This document shows positions 22,024-36,102 of a stretch of DNA of 64,000 nt, piece after piece. Positions within the stretch are counted from its first letter, which is position 1, and every line of letters begins with the position of its first letter. The position numbers and the translations under genes are program-made. The notes beneath the pieces were generated by a model, which had not been told where the DNA came from, searched no databases, and worked only from the letters and a program-made list of their open reading frames with translations. The stretch covers positions 558,001 through 622,000 of the forward strand of contig MCFH01000025.1 of NCBI GenBank assembly GCA_002104945.1, given 5' to 3'. The stretch is from Piromyces finnis finn (Eukaryota > Fungi > Neocallimastigomycota).

Positions 22024-23409
22024 TTTTCCTTTTTAACAGCAACAACAAAAAAAAAAAAAAAAACGACAAAAAACTACCAATTCCAATTTCAATTTTTTTT
22101 TAATTAAATTTTAAATTAAAAAAATATTTATCTTCTAACCCTTTCAAGATTAATTCCTGGTTATATAACATTAAAATATCAGTAATAATTATGAGAAGAA
22201 AAAATGAAACTCTTTTTTATTAATACTTAAAAGGATGGATATCGACAAAGCATATCATCTATCCCAGAATTAATTTTATATTTAATATTAAAAAGTTTTT
22301 TTATATTTTGAAAAGGGATATTTAAACTTTTTTTTTTATATTTTATTTAAATATTTTAATTGTATGTACTAACCAATATAACATCTTTTTTATCATAACT
22401 ACCAATATATATACTGTTTTTTTTTTTTTTTTTTTTTTTTTTAATAATAATAAAGATAAAAGAATACATTTTATCAAGGAAAACACTTTTTTTTTTTTTT
22501 TGATTATGCTATTATGCCTTTTTTTTTTTTTATTTGTTGTAAAATAATAAAGATATAAATAATAAAGTTATAAAATATATATATATAAAATAATAAAATA
22601 TTATATAGGTATATAAAAATAAAATAAAAAAAAAAAGATATATTATTATAATATATTATAATGATGGTTATTAAATTTATTTCAATAAAGCGAATGTCTT
22701 TCTTTTTTTATATCATTATAAAGAAAATGAAAAAAAAAAAAAAAATATTATTATAAAAGTATAAAAGAAATAAATATATATAGAGAGTATAATCTAATAA
22801 ATTAAAAAAAAAAAAGATTAAAATTTAAAAAGAGAAAACATTATTTATATAAAATAAAGGTTTTATGTTTTATGTATAGTTTAAGTTAAATAATTAAAGT
22901 GTTCATGCATATATATAATATATATAAAACAACTCTATTAATATAAATGTAATAAATTTATATTTAAAGTATCAAATGTCAAATTAATATTTAATTTATA
23001 CAGCTTTTTTTTTTTTTTTTTTTCTCTTCTTTCTTTCCCATTTATATATCTATTTTTTGAATAATAACAGTAATAACAATGTAGATTATTATTTTATTCT
23101 AATGATTATTATTATTATTATTATTATTTTTTTTTTTTTAAAAATTATCAGTGACAATTTTCAGATGATATACAAATTTAATGATCTTCATTTTATTCTA
23201 TAATATGATAAAGAATAGAATGTGTGTGACCATCATAATATCTAGTGATAATGTACATAAATAAATGAAAAAAAAAAAAAACTTTTCATTTTTTTCCATT
23301 TTTATTTTTATAAATTTATGTATACATTATTAAGTCACATAGAAAAAGGAAGAAGGTAAAATTAACGTGTGATAAAAACAAAAGAGAGAGAGAGAAAAAA
23401 ACAAACAAA

Positions 23410-25650
23410 CTATTTCTTTTTGTTATCCATTAAAGATGAACTTTGCGTTGATAATTTCATTTTTTTCGGTGGTATTGGAGTTTGATTATTTTTTGATTTT
23501 TTTTTTGATTTTGTACTTTTATCGGATTTATCTGATAATGCTGGTGACATTGCAGATTGACCTAATGGACTATATAAGAATTGTGAATTACTTGGTATAG
23601 CTCCAAAACTCATTGGATAACAAAGACTACCATAAGGTAAGAATCCGTTTAAACCTGGATTTGTTAATAAACTTGGATTTGGTATTCCTGGTATATTAGA
23701 TATAGAATCGAATCTCTGTCTTTTTCTTGGTAAATCAGTTTTCATAGATATTGGTCTTGAACTATGATGCATCTTTTGGTATAAACCACAGGCATCTTTA
23801 TAATATTTGATAGATATTTTATAAAAATTTAAAAGTAGATATATAAAGTTAATACTAAATTCAATTAGGATATTCTAATATACTAATATACTAATATGTT
23901 CTAACATGTACTAATATGTACTAAATTGCAATAATACTAATACAAATATTCTTATACTCATAAACTCATATTTTGTTATATTCAGATATTGATATTCTAA
24001 TACAAATGTTCTAATGCACCTAATGTTTCAATACTATTATTTCCAATACTAATACCTTTATTACTACTATTCCTAATACTATACTCCCAAATACTAATAC
24101 CTTTATTACTACTATTCCTAATACTATACTCCCAAATACTAATACCTTTATTACTACTATTCTTAATATTACACTCCCAAATACTAATACCTTTATTACT
24201 ACTATTCCTAATACTACACTCCCAAATACTAATACCTTTATTACTACTATTCCTAATACTACACTCTTAAATACAAATACTTTTTTTTTTTTTTTTAAAA
24301 AAAAAAACAAACTTACTGCAAAGTGTAGCACCATTTTCGTCACGACGCCAAAGAGGTGTATTTGTTGTATGACAATTGGAACATTCTGTTGTTTCATGTT
24401 CATTCATTGCTTGTGTATCTTTACGAACAGCATGTTGACGAATAGATTTTGGTCTTGGAACTTTATGAAGTTTTTGGCTATGGATTTTTTTTTTTTTTAA
24501 ATAAAATTAAAAAATTAAAAATAGGAAGGGGTTAATATGAAACTTTATATCACAATAGGATTATCATTATCATTGTGAAAATCCTTAAAATTCTCCTATT
24601 TCTATTATATATTTTAGGATTATTTCTATGGAGAATTGTTAACAACGCACACAACAACAATAATAATAAAAAAAAAAAGGTATAAAAAAAAAAAAAAGAG
24701 ACGAGAAAAAAAAAAAAAACTTACTATAAACCACAAGCATTACATAATATTTCATCATTAGCAGATCTTCTCCAAAGTGGTGTGTGATTGACACCACAAT
24801 TAGCACATACTGGTTTTACTTGTTTAGTGGTTGGAACACCATCAATGGTTGTTTTTTGATTAATATATATTGATGCTGTTTTCTTTTTAATAACTGGTTT
24901 TTGTTGGGTTGGTGTGGCAGTTGGGGTTCCATTATTTGATTTTTGAAGTGAAGCAAGAGCTTCAGGGGTTGTCATCGATTTAAGAACTGATTTTGATGAT
25001 GTTGGTGTAGCTTGAGCTGATGTTGATGCAGAGGCGGAAGCAGAAGAAATATTTTTTTTAGATTTTGATTTCGTTGATTTTTCTGTCTTTATAGTTTTAT
25101 TTGATGATTTATTATCACCTGGTTTATTATCCGTACGTAAAGATAATTTTCCATTTTTGGTCGTAGTGGTCTGTAGATTAAAGGATGGATTTGACATTGA
25201 TGATGATAATAATGAATCTTGAGTTGGTTTAATATTTTCAAGAAGACGAGCAATTTCGTCTTTATCATTAGTCATTTTAGTGATATTAGTATTACTTTTA
25301 TCGAGAAAGGATGACGTTGATGTTGAGTTTAATTGTGAGGTGGAACCAGTTGGTGTATTCATTTGATTTATTTTATTTGTTTCATTTGTATTAGATATAC
25401 TATTAATTATGGCAGCGATTTGATCATTACTTAAATTATTGCTTGAAATATTAAATTGGGATAACATTATTCTGTTTAATATATCTTGTTTTGAACCTGT
25501 GGTTGTTAGGTTATCCTTTGTATCTTTATTTATTATTGGCGTTTTTATTTCTTGTTTTATATTTATATTTCCTTTTTTTTTTTTATTTGAAGTAATAGAT
25601 GTTTCATTATATTTATAATATGGTTTTAACATCACCAGATAATAATAATA

Positions 25651-25685
<35 letters not shown>

Positions 25686-28658
25686 GGATAGGTAAAATAA
25701 TTATTTTAGCAAAATAATAGATATTTTGATGAATCAAATTAAATAGAATAGAATGGTTGTTGATTTTAGCAAAATAATAGATATTTTGATGAATTAAATT
25801 GAACGGAATGGTTGTTGATTTTAGCAAAATAATAGATATTTTGATGAATTAAATTGAACGGAATGGTTGTTGATTTTAGCAAAATAATAGATATTTTGAT
25901 GAATTAAATTGAATAGAATGGTTGTTGATTTTAGCAAAATAATAGATATTTTGATGAATCAAATTGAATTATTTTAATAAAATAATAATAATACATGGTT
26001 TGATCAACAAAAAGGGAGGTATTGTAAATAAAAAAAAATATTTTTTTTTATATAAAATAATTGATATCAAGATGAATACAATAGAATTATTTTAGTAAAC
26101 TAATGAATACAAATATAATAATTAAAAATTCTTTTTACACTCCTTTTTTTTTTATCTACTAAAGATTAAATTTTTAAAGAATGCTTACCATTTAATTTAG
26201 TGGCCGGTATTGGTATATTATTGTCTTTTATATTTGTATTGGTTGAGGTGGATGGGGTAGAGGTCATATCATAAGATATTAATAAATCATTACCTAATTT
26301 GGCATTATTAAGATTCGTTGAATGAGAGGATGGTTTATTTACTTCTGGTGTTGCTGTAACATTTTGTGTTACATTATTATTTTTTAGTATGTCTTTGATT
26401 AATAACTGATTATTTATTTTTCTTATATCTAATGTATTAATATTTAATGGTATAGGTGTATTACTACCACTAGTAACACTACCAGTATTAACGTTTGAAT
26501 TATCATTTAGGGAAATTGCTGCTGTTGATGTTTCACCTAAACTACTAACTGGTATTAACAATGATTCTAAATAAGAAGAAGAAGAAAAAAAAAAGAGTAT
26601 ATGGAAAAAGGATCATTAAAAATGAGAGATAAATTTTAGTTTTTAATTATTTTTTTTATAGAATAATAAATGGAAAATTTTTTTTGTTAGAATAAAAAAA
26701 AAAAACGTACCTTGAATTGCCGATAGAAGTGAATTATTATTATTATTATTATTATTTGTCGAAAGGTTAGTTTTGGTGGTATCTGTTGTTTTATTACTGC
26801 CGGTTGTATCCACCATAGTATTAGAGAGGGATGTTGTATTGGAGGTGGAAATAGATGGTGGTTGTTGGTGGTGGTGTTGTGGTTGTGGCTGTTGGTGGTG
26901 ATGTTGGTGATGGTGGTGGTGATGGTGTGGTTGTTGTGGTTGTTGTTGTTGTTGTTGTGGTGGTGGTTGCTGTTGAAGGGAGGAAGAAAGTAATGGATTC
27001 GTTAATACAAAACCATTTGTATTATCAATTGTTATTGTTGGATTGGTAGGGACATTAGGAACACTATGAACATCGCCCAGGACATTTAAAGAAGAAGAAG
27101 AGGAAGCCAGATTATTTATTCCTAAGATTTCAGAGGAAGAATTTGAAAAGTTGTTGAGACCTGTTAAATTTGGTGTATTTGTCAGATCACTGTAGGAGGA
27201 TAAACCAGAAGAATTAAGTCCATTCAATGAAGATAATTGATTCATAAAAGATAGAGATACACTATTATCTCCAATAGAGGAAGATGGGAATGATAAACTG
27301 TTGTTTAAACTATCGTTTGATGAAGTGAAGAGGTCCAATTTTTGATTTTGAGGGGCAAGTCCTTGGAAGGAATTATTTTTGAAAGAGGAATGATGCGTAA
27401 TCGCAGGGGATTGGAAGGCATCAAGTTTATTAAAAATATTATTAAATGCTGGGTCATCGTTATTGATGCCTTCATCGTAAAGAGAACTGTAAAGATGACT
27501 ATTATCCATTTTTCCGTATTTATTATTTAGATACATTTCGGATATTTCTGTTCGAATGGATGAATCTGGAATATGAAGAGTTGGTGGTTGTGGTATAGGA
27601 ATGGTTGCTTGATTTGCAGGGAAATGGGTTAATAATTCTGATATATTGGTGTAATCGTCATTGACAGTGGTATCAGCATTAAGTAATAACTCTGGATTTT
27701 GATTAAATGTTTCATTTAACGGTATTCCCAAAGAATCTAAATCGTTCACACTACTTTTTTTTAATTTCATGAAATCCATCATAATTTGATTACTACCACT
27801 CATTATATCATTACTGGAATTTATTAGAGATGAACTTATACCATCTATACCGTTTATATCATTGGACAATGATACACTAGAATCTAGTTCTGTTTTAATT
27901 GCTTTAACTAAATCTTTTGAAGGTAACTCTATTTTAATATTTGGGTTTTCTATTGTGAATTTATTTTTAGAATTATTTTCAATGTATTTTTTGATGGTGT
28001 GAAACATTTTTTCGTTTGAAGGTTCAAATTTCAATAGCTGTTGTTTTCTTGCCGATGATATTTTCTTAAAATCACTAGTTGAAATATTTTTTTTCTTTAC
28101 CATTTTTTGGTGAAGATGCTTTTAACAACAACAATTTAATAAATTTTATAACATTTAGTTTTTTTTTTTTTTTTTTTTTTTTTGTATGTTATAGTTATAT
28201 ATAGGAAAAAAAAAAAAAAAAAAAGACAATGAGAATAGGTTTAATGATTATAGGTTTTTTTTTTTTTTAAAAAAATATCAATAATGATAAAATAGATTTA
28301 AAATGTGTATATATATATATTATGGATTGAAACGTTTTTTTTTTAAAAGAAAAATCTTGTTAGGAACAATACAAAAATAGTAATTTCCAACACAAGAATA
28401 TACATATATATTATATATTTTTTTTTCAAAGCCAAAATTAGGCCTATAAAATGAAAACTTTTTTTTTTTTTTTTTAAAAAAACGACTTACCCACAACCGT
28501 CGTGACAAATTTTCCATTCTTTCACCATTTTCTAAACTATCTCTAACTTTTGTACAAACATGCCATGCTTTACATAGTTCCTCTTCAGTTTCCCAATCCT
28601 CAAAAATAGGTTTAAATATATTTTCACCACTTTTTATTTGCAATATTACAGGTGACAT
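23410..28658 (-). CDS. GATA transcription factor with AreA/Gat1-type N-terminal motif (DUF1752-like) and two C-X2-C-X17-C-X2-C fingers, about 1115 aa
   Basis: Exons 28658-28491, 28118-26711, 26566-26189, 25571-24725, 24477-24317, 23795-23410; GT-AG with consistent phases. Motifs [53 protein letters not shown] and [28 protein letters not shown]. Confidence 0.9.
24045..24270. repeat. 45-bp minisatellite x about 5 (GATA intron)
   Basis: aatactaatacctttattactactatt recurs at 24045, 24090, 24135, 24180 and 24225. Confidence 0.9.
25704..25970. repeat. About 55-bp minisatellite x5 (GATA intron)
   Basis: ttttagcaaaataatagatattttgatga recurs at 25704, 25764, 25819, 25874 and 25929. Confidence 0.9.
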
Positions 28659-31600
28659 TTTATAATTAATGTATTAATCTGACACCAATTATTTTTAAAG
28701 TTTTAAAATATAAAAGGTTTTTTTTTTGTAGATAAAACAATTTTAGTATACTTGACATAAATCTTTATTAATTTTTTTAAAAAAAAAAAAATAAAATAAA
28801 AAAAAATAGGCTTGACTGTATATTGTAGATGATATGAAATCAATCCACATACAAAGATTTATTATTAAAAATGTTTAAAAATTATAATTAAAAAAAAAAA
28901 AAAAAAAATACAAACATTTCGAATTTATTTTTTATTTTTGTTATATATACTTTTTCATTGAAAATATAATAAATATGATGTAGTTTATAGATAATAATAA
29001 CTTTTTCTTCTTTTTCCTTTTCTTTTTTTTTTTTTTTTAAATTGAATACATAATATTTGATTATAATATATTTCTTTTTTTTTTTTTTTATTAATTACAA
29101 AATGAATATTAATGCCTTTTTAATGATTGATTGATTTTCGTTGGAGGATAGATTTTTCTTTCTTTTTCTTTTTTTTTTTTTTATTAAATAATAATGTTGT
29201 TGATGTTGTTATTTAAAATACTATTTTTAAAAAGTTGATGAGTTTTATATTTACTATTTTTGAATTTTTTTTTTTTTTATTAACACAATGGTCGTTTTTT
29301 TTTTTTAAATTATTATTCCATTATTTAAAATTAATATTAAAAAATTATTAAATAATTTATTTTTTTTCCTTTCGTTTTTAAATTATCAATGGTATTTTGT
29401 TTGCTTCTTCCGTATATATGTATTTTTTGTTTGAAATGTTAAATTATTGTTCTATCGTCAATATAAAATCAAAACGGTAAAGTTTAAAATAGATTAAATC
29501 AATTTTTTTTTTTTTTAAAATTTAAAAAAAATATTTATATATTAATAAAATATAATAATAAAATAAAATAGGTATTTATGTAATTTTCTCTCTTTTTTTT
29601 TTTTTTCTATAACTTTTTCTTTCTCTACACTTTTTTTTTTTTAAATCATTGGAAGGGATGATGAAAATAAAAAAAAAAAAGTGTGTCTATTATATTTATT
29701 AATATTTATTTAATTTTTATTATTTTTAATATTTAATATTTATTAATATTTTTTTTAATATTTTAATATTTAATATTATTATTATTATTATTATTATTTT
29801 AATATTAATAGATGAAATAAAAAAAAATTAATAAATATTAAGGTTATTATTTAAAAATATTATATTAATATAATTTATTATTTTATTATATACAAAATTA
29901 AATATTAAAATTTTAATATTTATTAATATTATTAAAATATTAAAAAAAGAATGGATACACACACACACAAAAAAAAAAAAAAAGAAAGAAATGGTATTAT
30001 TTTCCTTTATTTTTAAACTAATTTTATGATAATTAAATGAGGATATGAGGATAGAAAGGAAAAAAAAAAGAAATATCATTTTGAAAAAAAAAGTAATTTT
30101 TTTTTTGAATCAAAAGTTTACTAAAAAAAATCCTCTCAAACTTTTTATTACATAAAAAAAAAAAAAGGAATTGTATACCAAGAAAGTACAAAATATTTAT
30201 TAGTTTTATCAAATATAATATAATAAAAAATTATATATATAATGCATTAATTATTAAAAGTAATGAGTAATCATATCAACACCCCCCAAAAAAAAAATAT
30301 TTAAAAAGATAATCATAATAATAAATCTCTTTTAAAAAAAATATAAAATTACAATGAATTAAATAGTATCATTCATCATCCATCCTTTTCTTTTTTTCTT
30401 TATCTTCTTCTTCACACCTTTTTTTTTTTTTTTTAAAAAAAGTTTGTCTCAATTTTATTTTTAGAAAAAAGTTAAATTGTTAATGGATCATCATCTATTG
30501 AGGCTTATAATACAATAGACATTATACGTAATAGGATAAAACTAGTAATCCTTTATTTATGTACAATAGAACAAGGCTAATTTTATAATGTACAAAATTT
30601 ATCCACCTTTCAACTATTTTTAAATTTTTTTTTAAAAAAATTATTTCTTTTTTAACAAGCTTTTTTTTTTTTTTTTTTTTGATTCTTTGAATAATATTTC
30701 TTTTCTCTTTTTTATTTTTACTTTTTCAAATATATTTATACTTTTTTTTTTTAAAGGAAAAATAAAACTATTTCTATTTTATTTAAAAAAAATAATGCAG
30801 TTAAAAAAAAAAAACTTTTATTTTTATTATAAAATAAAGTTTAAAAAATTTAATAAAATATCCTTTTTTTTTTAAAGTATTTTTTTTAATAAATCCATTT
30901 TTTTTTATTTAACAGTACTAGACTTTTACTACTATTTTTTTTTTTTTAAATATTTTTCTTTTTAAAAAAAAAAGATTGTTGGAAAGTTGCTCTGTAGTTG
31001 CAAGTATTAGCATTGACTTTTTTTTTTTGGTTGAAGGAATAATACCATCACTTTTTAAAAAAAATAAAAAAATTAAATTTTTTGTCTACTTTTTTTAAAA
31101 ATTTTTTTTTAATTAAATTAATTTTTTTTATATAAATTCAATATATAAAATAAAATAAAATTAAAAAAGTATTTTTAAATATTTTCTCTTTTTTTTTTCT
31201 TTTTCTTGTTTAATAAAAAAAAAAGAATAAAAATAAAATATAATAAAATTCCTCTTTTTTTTCTCTATTTTCTTTAAAAAAAAAAACATTTTTTTTAACT
31301 GCATTAAAACTATTTTTTTAAAACTTTAATATTATTATAGTTATAGGGTTACACAAATTAATTAAAATTTCTTTTTTTAAAATTTTTTTTTAATTTTTTA
31401 AATAAAATTTTTGGCTTTTTTTTTATCCTAAAAATTTCTCCCACTTCCTTTTCACCAGCCATAAAACCATTCATGCCTAACATTTTACCATAAAAAAAAG
31501 AAAATGTTTTAATGTTCTTTTAATCTACCTTTAAGCATAAAATATCAAGAATAAAAATAGTGTTTAGGGTAATGTAAAAAAAAAAGTGCGTTGAAGAATG

Positions 31601-31951
31601 AAATTGTTTGTGTATGCATTTTATTTGTATTTGTATTTTAATTATAAAGGAATAAATTCTAATTTACAGGATGCCAGATATATACTACCTATACTACATA
31701 AACTATATAGGATAAAGAAAAAAAAAAAGATCTATCTATATTTTATATATAAAATATTCACATTTCCAAAATTTATTTATTTAAAAAAAGAGATTGAAAA
31801 GTAAAAAAAAAAAATCATTATAGATAATTATAAATGTTATATTAATATTTGATGCTTTTTTTAAAATATATATAAAGAAATGAATAGATAAATAATAGAA
31901 AACAATTAAAAAAAAATTTTTTTAAAAAGAATATTAATTCTTTTTTTTTTT

Positions 31952-32418
31952 TATGGTTATAATTCTATGGCTCTATGGCCACTTTTTATGGTTATAATTC
32001 TATGGCTCTATGGCCACTTTTTTATGGTTATAATTCTATGGTTCTATGGCCACTTTTTTATGGTTATAATTCTATGGTTCTATGGCCACTTTTTTATGGT
32101 TATAATTCTATGGTTCTATGGCCACTTTTTTATGGTTATAATTCTATGGCTCTATGGCCACTTTTTTATGGTTATAATTCTATGGTTCTATGGCCACTTT
32201 TTTATGGTTATAATTCTATGGTTCTATGGCCACTTTTTTATGGTTATAATTCTATGGTTCTATGGCCACTTTTTTATGGTTATAATTCTATGGTTCTATG
32301 GCCACTTTTTTATGGTTATAATTCTATGGTTCTATGGCCACTTTTTTATGGTTATAATTCTATGGTTCTATGGCCACTTTTTTATGGTTATAATTCTATG
32401 GTTCTATGGCCACTTTTT
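31952..32418. repeat. 36-bp minisatellite x about 13
   Basis: Unit TATGGTTATAATTCTATGG(T/C)TCTATGGCCACTTTTT, head-to-tail with no spacers. Confidence 0.97.
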
Positions 32419-32959
32419 TGTACACTAATTGACTCATTTTAATTCACAAACTAAACGTTTTTCCAAGATATATTTTCCTTCTTTATATTTCTGAGAACCT
32501 TCATACGTTTTAATCTTTTAATATATTAAAATATTTTTTAAAAAATAAAGATTTAATATATTAGACTAAATTGTTGTTAGCCATAAAAAGTATTGCTATT
32601 AAACAAACAAACAAACAAACAAGTAAAATACCTATTTTAAAAAATAGGTATAAAAAAAAAATGAATAGAAATAGAAAAGTCAAACAACTTACATATTTCC
32701 ATCCAACATTTAATTGACAATTAGAACAATAAATATCTGCTACTTTATGAATTCCAGTAGTCATATTTCTATTTTCACATTCCCCTTGATAGATATTAAC
32801 TACTTTATTAAATAACCAAGCTTTACCAGTATACCCTTGAAAACTTTTAGAAATTATTTCACCAGATTGAGATAAATGAGTTTTACATTTAGCACAACAA
32901 TAAACACCTTCTGCTTCATCATCTTCCATATCCAAATACAATAAAAATAATTTACCCAT
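32396..32959 (-). CDS. MOH1: Yippee/Moh1 (YPEL) family zinc-binding protein
   Basis: Exons 32959-32693 and 32514-32396. Motifs CAKCKTHL, SKSFQGYTGKAWLFNKVVN, MTTGIHKVADIYC..C..VGWKY, SQKYKEGKYILE. Confidence 0.9.
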
Positions 32960-34735
32960 TTTTTTTTTAAAATACTAATGATTTAATTGCCTTATTTGAT
33001 GATGATGAAGAAGAAGAAGAAAAAGAAAAAAAAAACCCAATATATTTGATAACTTTTTTTTAAAAAAAATGTTAATAGATTTGATAATGATTATTCTTGA
33101 ATAATTTTGTAGAGGATATTATAATAGTAGGTAATAGTAGTTGGTAGTTGGTAGTAGTAATACTAATTTAATAATAGATATAGATATTTTATTTATTATT
33201 TAAAAAATAAAAAAGAGATAATTGTATTTTTTTTTTTTTTTGACTATTGTTTCAACAGTTAATGCCTTGTATAAAGGATTAATAAAAAAAATAATTATAA
33301 TATTTATTAATATTTTTTTTTTATTTTTTTTTAAATATTTTATCACTACTATTCGTGACTGTCATTGTCACTTTTTTTTTTTTTTTTCAAAATTAATTAT
33401 ATATAAAATTTTATTTTTTTTTTATAAAAATTAAAAATAAAAAAAAATTAAAATGCCTTTTTACCTTTTTTCTTTTTCTTTTTTACTAACATAATAAATA
33501 ATAAAAAACTTTTTTTTTTTTGGGAATTTTACTTTATTTTTATATTTTTTTAATACTAATTTTTAAAGTTTTTTTTTTTTTTTTGGGTTGGGAATTTTTC
33601 CATTCATTAAAAAAAATTTGAATTTTTATAAAGTGACCTTTTTTCTTTTTTAATTAATAATTAAATATCATTATAATTAAAAAAAAAAAGAAAAAGCCTG
33701 AATACTAAAAACTTTTTCCATTATTATTATTCAATACTTTTTTTTTTTTTAAAAAAGGCCTCTTTTTTTTTTTTATTTTATTATTAATTAAAGTTTTAAA
33801 AAAATTGCTATACAAAATAAATTGTTTTATAATATATTAAAAAGTTTGACATTCAATATTATCAATATATTACAATCCATACTAATATAGGATTTAATTT
33901 CAATTTCATTTTTATATTAAATTTTTATAATTAAAAAAAAAAACATCCACAAAAAAGAAAAGAAGCAATTTGGTGGGTGTGTGAAAAAAAAAAAAGTTAA
34001 ACCAACGAATAAACTATATGTTTAATGATAATATTTTTTGGTTAATGTCATTCTTTTTCTTGAAACATAACGATTTCGCTATACAAAATAACATTATAAA
34101 TACTTTCAAGGGTTTTTTTTTATTATTATTTAATTTTTTTTTTTTTTTGAAATTTAATCAATTTTATTTTGTCATGGCATTGAAAGAAAGAAAGAAAAAG
34201 CATTTAAAATGATTCATTCCTTCATGATAAAAAATAATTCTTTTTTTTATTAAAAAAAATCAATTTTTTTTTTTCATTTCAATAAAACAACAAGTGAATT
34301 TTATTAAATAAATATTTTTTTTTAAAAAACCTTTCCATTAAAAGTTTTTTTTTTCATCCTTTTCTTCTTGTTTTACTATCAAAACTTTATCAAAAAAAAA
34401 AAAAAAACATTTTTACTATTTATTTTAATTACCCCCAAATGTAAAAAAGTCAACTTTATCAAATTCTTTTTTACGATTTCACTTTAAACTTTATAAACTT
34501 TTTTTTTTGACATTTTTACTTTTCAATTTTTTATTGAAATTTTTTTTTTTTTTTAAGTAAATTGTTTTAGGATTAAAAAAAAAAAAAAAAAAGATTTTTT
34601 TTTCATTTTAATGTGAATAAAAAAGAAATTGTTTTTTATACATTTTTTTTATTTTTTTATTTTTTTTTAAAAAAAAAACATCTTCAACCACTTTTAATAA
34701 ATAAAAAAAAAATAAAAATTCATTTTTTTTAAAAG

Positions 34736-34766
<31 letters not shown>

Positions 34767-36102
34767 AGTTTTTTTTATTTTTATTATAAATTAAAATTAC
34801 CCCCAAAATTATTTTAATTATTTTTTTTTTTTTATTAAAAAGTCAAAAAAAAAAAAAATAAAAAAAAAAATACTAGGAAAAGAAGTATTTTTAATAATTT
34901 TTTTTTTTAAAATTTTATGGAATTTTATTTGTTTGTAAAAAAATAAAGTATACAGTGCATTACAAAGTGAAGACTAAAAGGAATAATTGAAAATAATATG
35001 TAGGTCAGTTGAGAGGAAACTCTATAGCTTGTTGTTCACTAATCATTTGAAGTAACAAAGATGCTTTCATTTAAATAAAACCAACAATTATTTTTTATAA
35101 AAAAAAAAAAAAAAAAAATAGTATTCCTCCTCCCTTCCTCCTCCTTTCTTTCTTTCCTTTGTAGAAAGTTTTAATTGACACTTACACAACGCATTGTAGG
35201 ATTAATCAAGCGTTACATTATAAATTAAGTTTTTTTTTTTCTTTTTTACCTAAAATTTTATTAAAAAAAGTTTAATTTTTTTTTTATTGCTGCTGTTAAT
35301 AGTGCAAAGAAAAAAAAAATTAAGAGGTTAATTTATTAAACTTTTCATTTCATTTATTTATTTACAAACACCCCTTTTATTATTACTCTTTAGAAAAAAA
35401 AAAAAAAAAATTCCTTGAATTCATCAATCCTTCATTAATAGAAATAATCAGTAGCAGCAACAACAACAACAACAACAACAACACTAGGCGGTGTTTCTTT
35501 TCTTCTTCAACATTTATATAATTTATTTTTTTTTACCAAAAGATTATTATTATTATTATTACTTTTTTTTTTTTTAAAATAAAAAAATATTTTATAGGAA
35601 TTATGAAAGGGTTCATTTATCATGATTCTAATAATTAAAAGGATTAGAAAATTTTATAGTAAATTACCTTGCGTACAATTATTACTACCTCCACTATTAC
35701 TACTATTACTGGTCCTATGGCATATAATAACGAAAACAAACAAACAAACAAACAAAAAACCCACATTTTATTTGTATGACCAAATTCACCTTTTAAACGT
35801 TCAACACAGTACCTTTTTTTTTTTTTTTAATTTTTTTTAATTTTATTTGCTAATTATGTTTTTTTTTTTAATAATTTTCTTTTCTTAAAAAAAAAGGAAA
35901 TTATTTTTTTTTTAAAAAAAAAGTATATTTTTATTTATTTATTTTACACATTCATTTTTATAGATTTTAATGGAGAAAATAGTTGGTATTTTTTTTTTTA
36001 ATTTTCAAAATATATATATATATTTTTTGAAAATGCCTATTTTTAAACTCCATAAAAAAAAAATTTGTTTTTTTTTTTTTCTTTTGTAAATTTTTATTTC
36101 AC

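Noticed and set aside
24020-24403. 127-aa Val/Ile-rich ORF
   Set aside because: Translation of the 45-bp intronic minisatellite spliced onto an off-frame GATA exon.
28700-31900. Short F/K/I/L-rich ORFs in intergenic DNA (also 33000-35900 and 46000-49700)
   Set aside because: Composition reflects poly-A/T runs. No motifs and no coherent splice structure.
31952-32418. 36-bp repeats as a CRISPR array, or the two 150-aa repeat ORFs as proteins
   Set aside because: Units are head-to-tail with no unique spacers, the context is eukaryotic and there are no cas genes. The ORFs are simply stop-free frames of the repeat.
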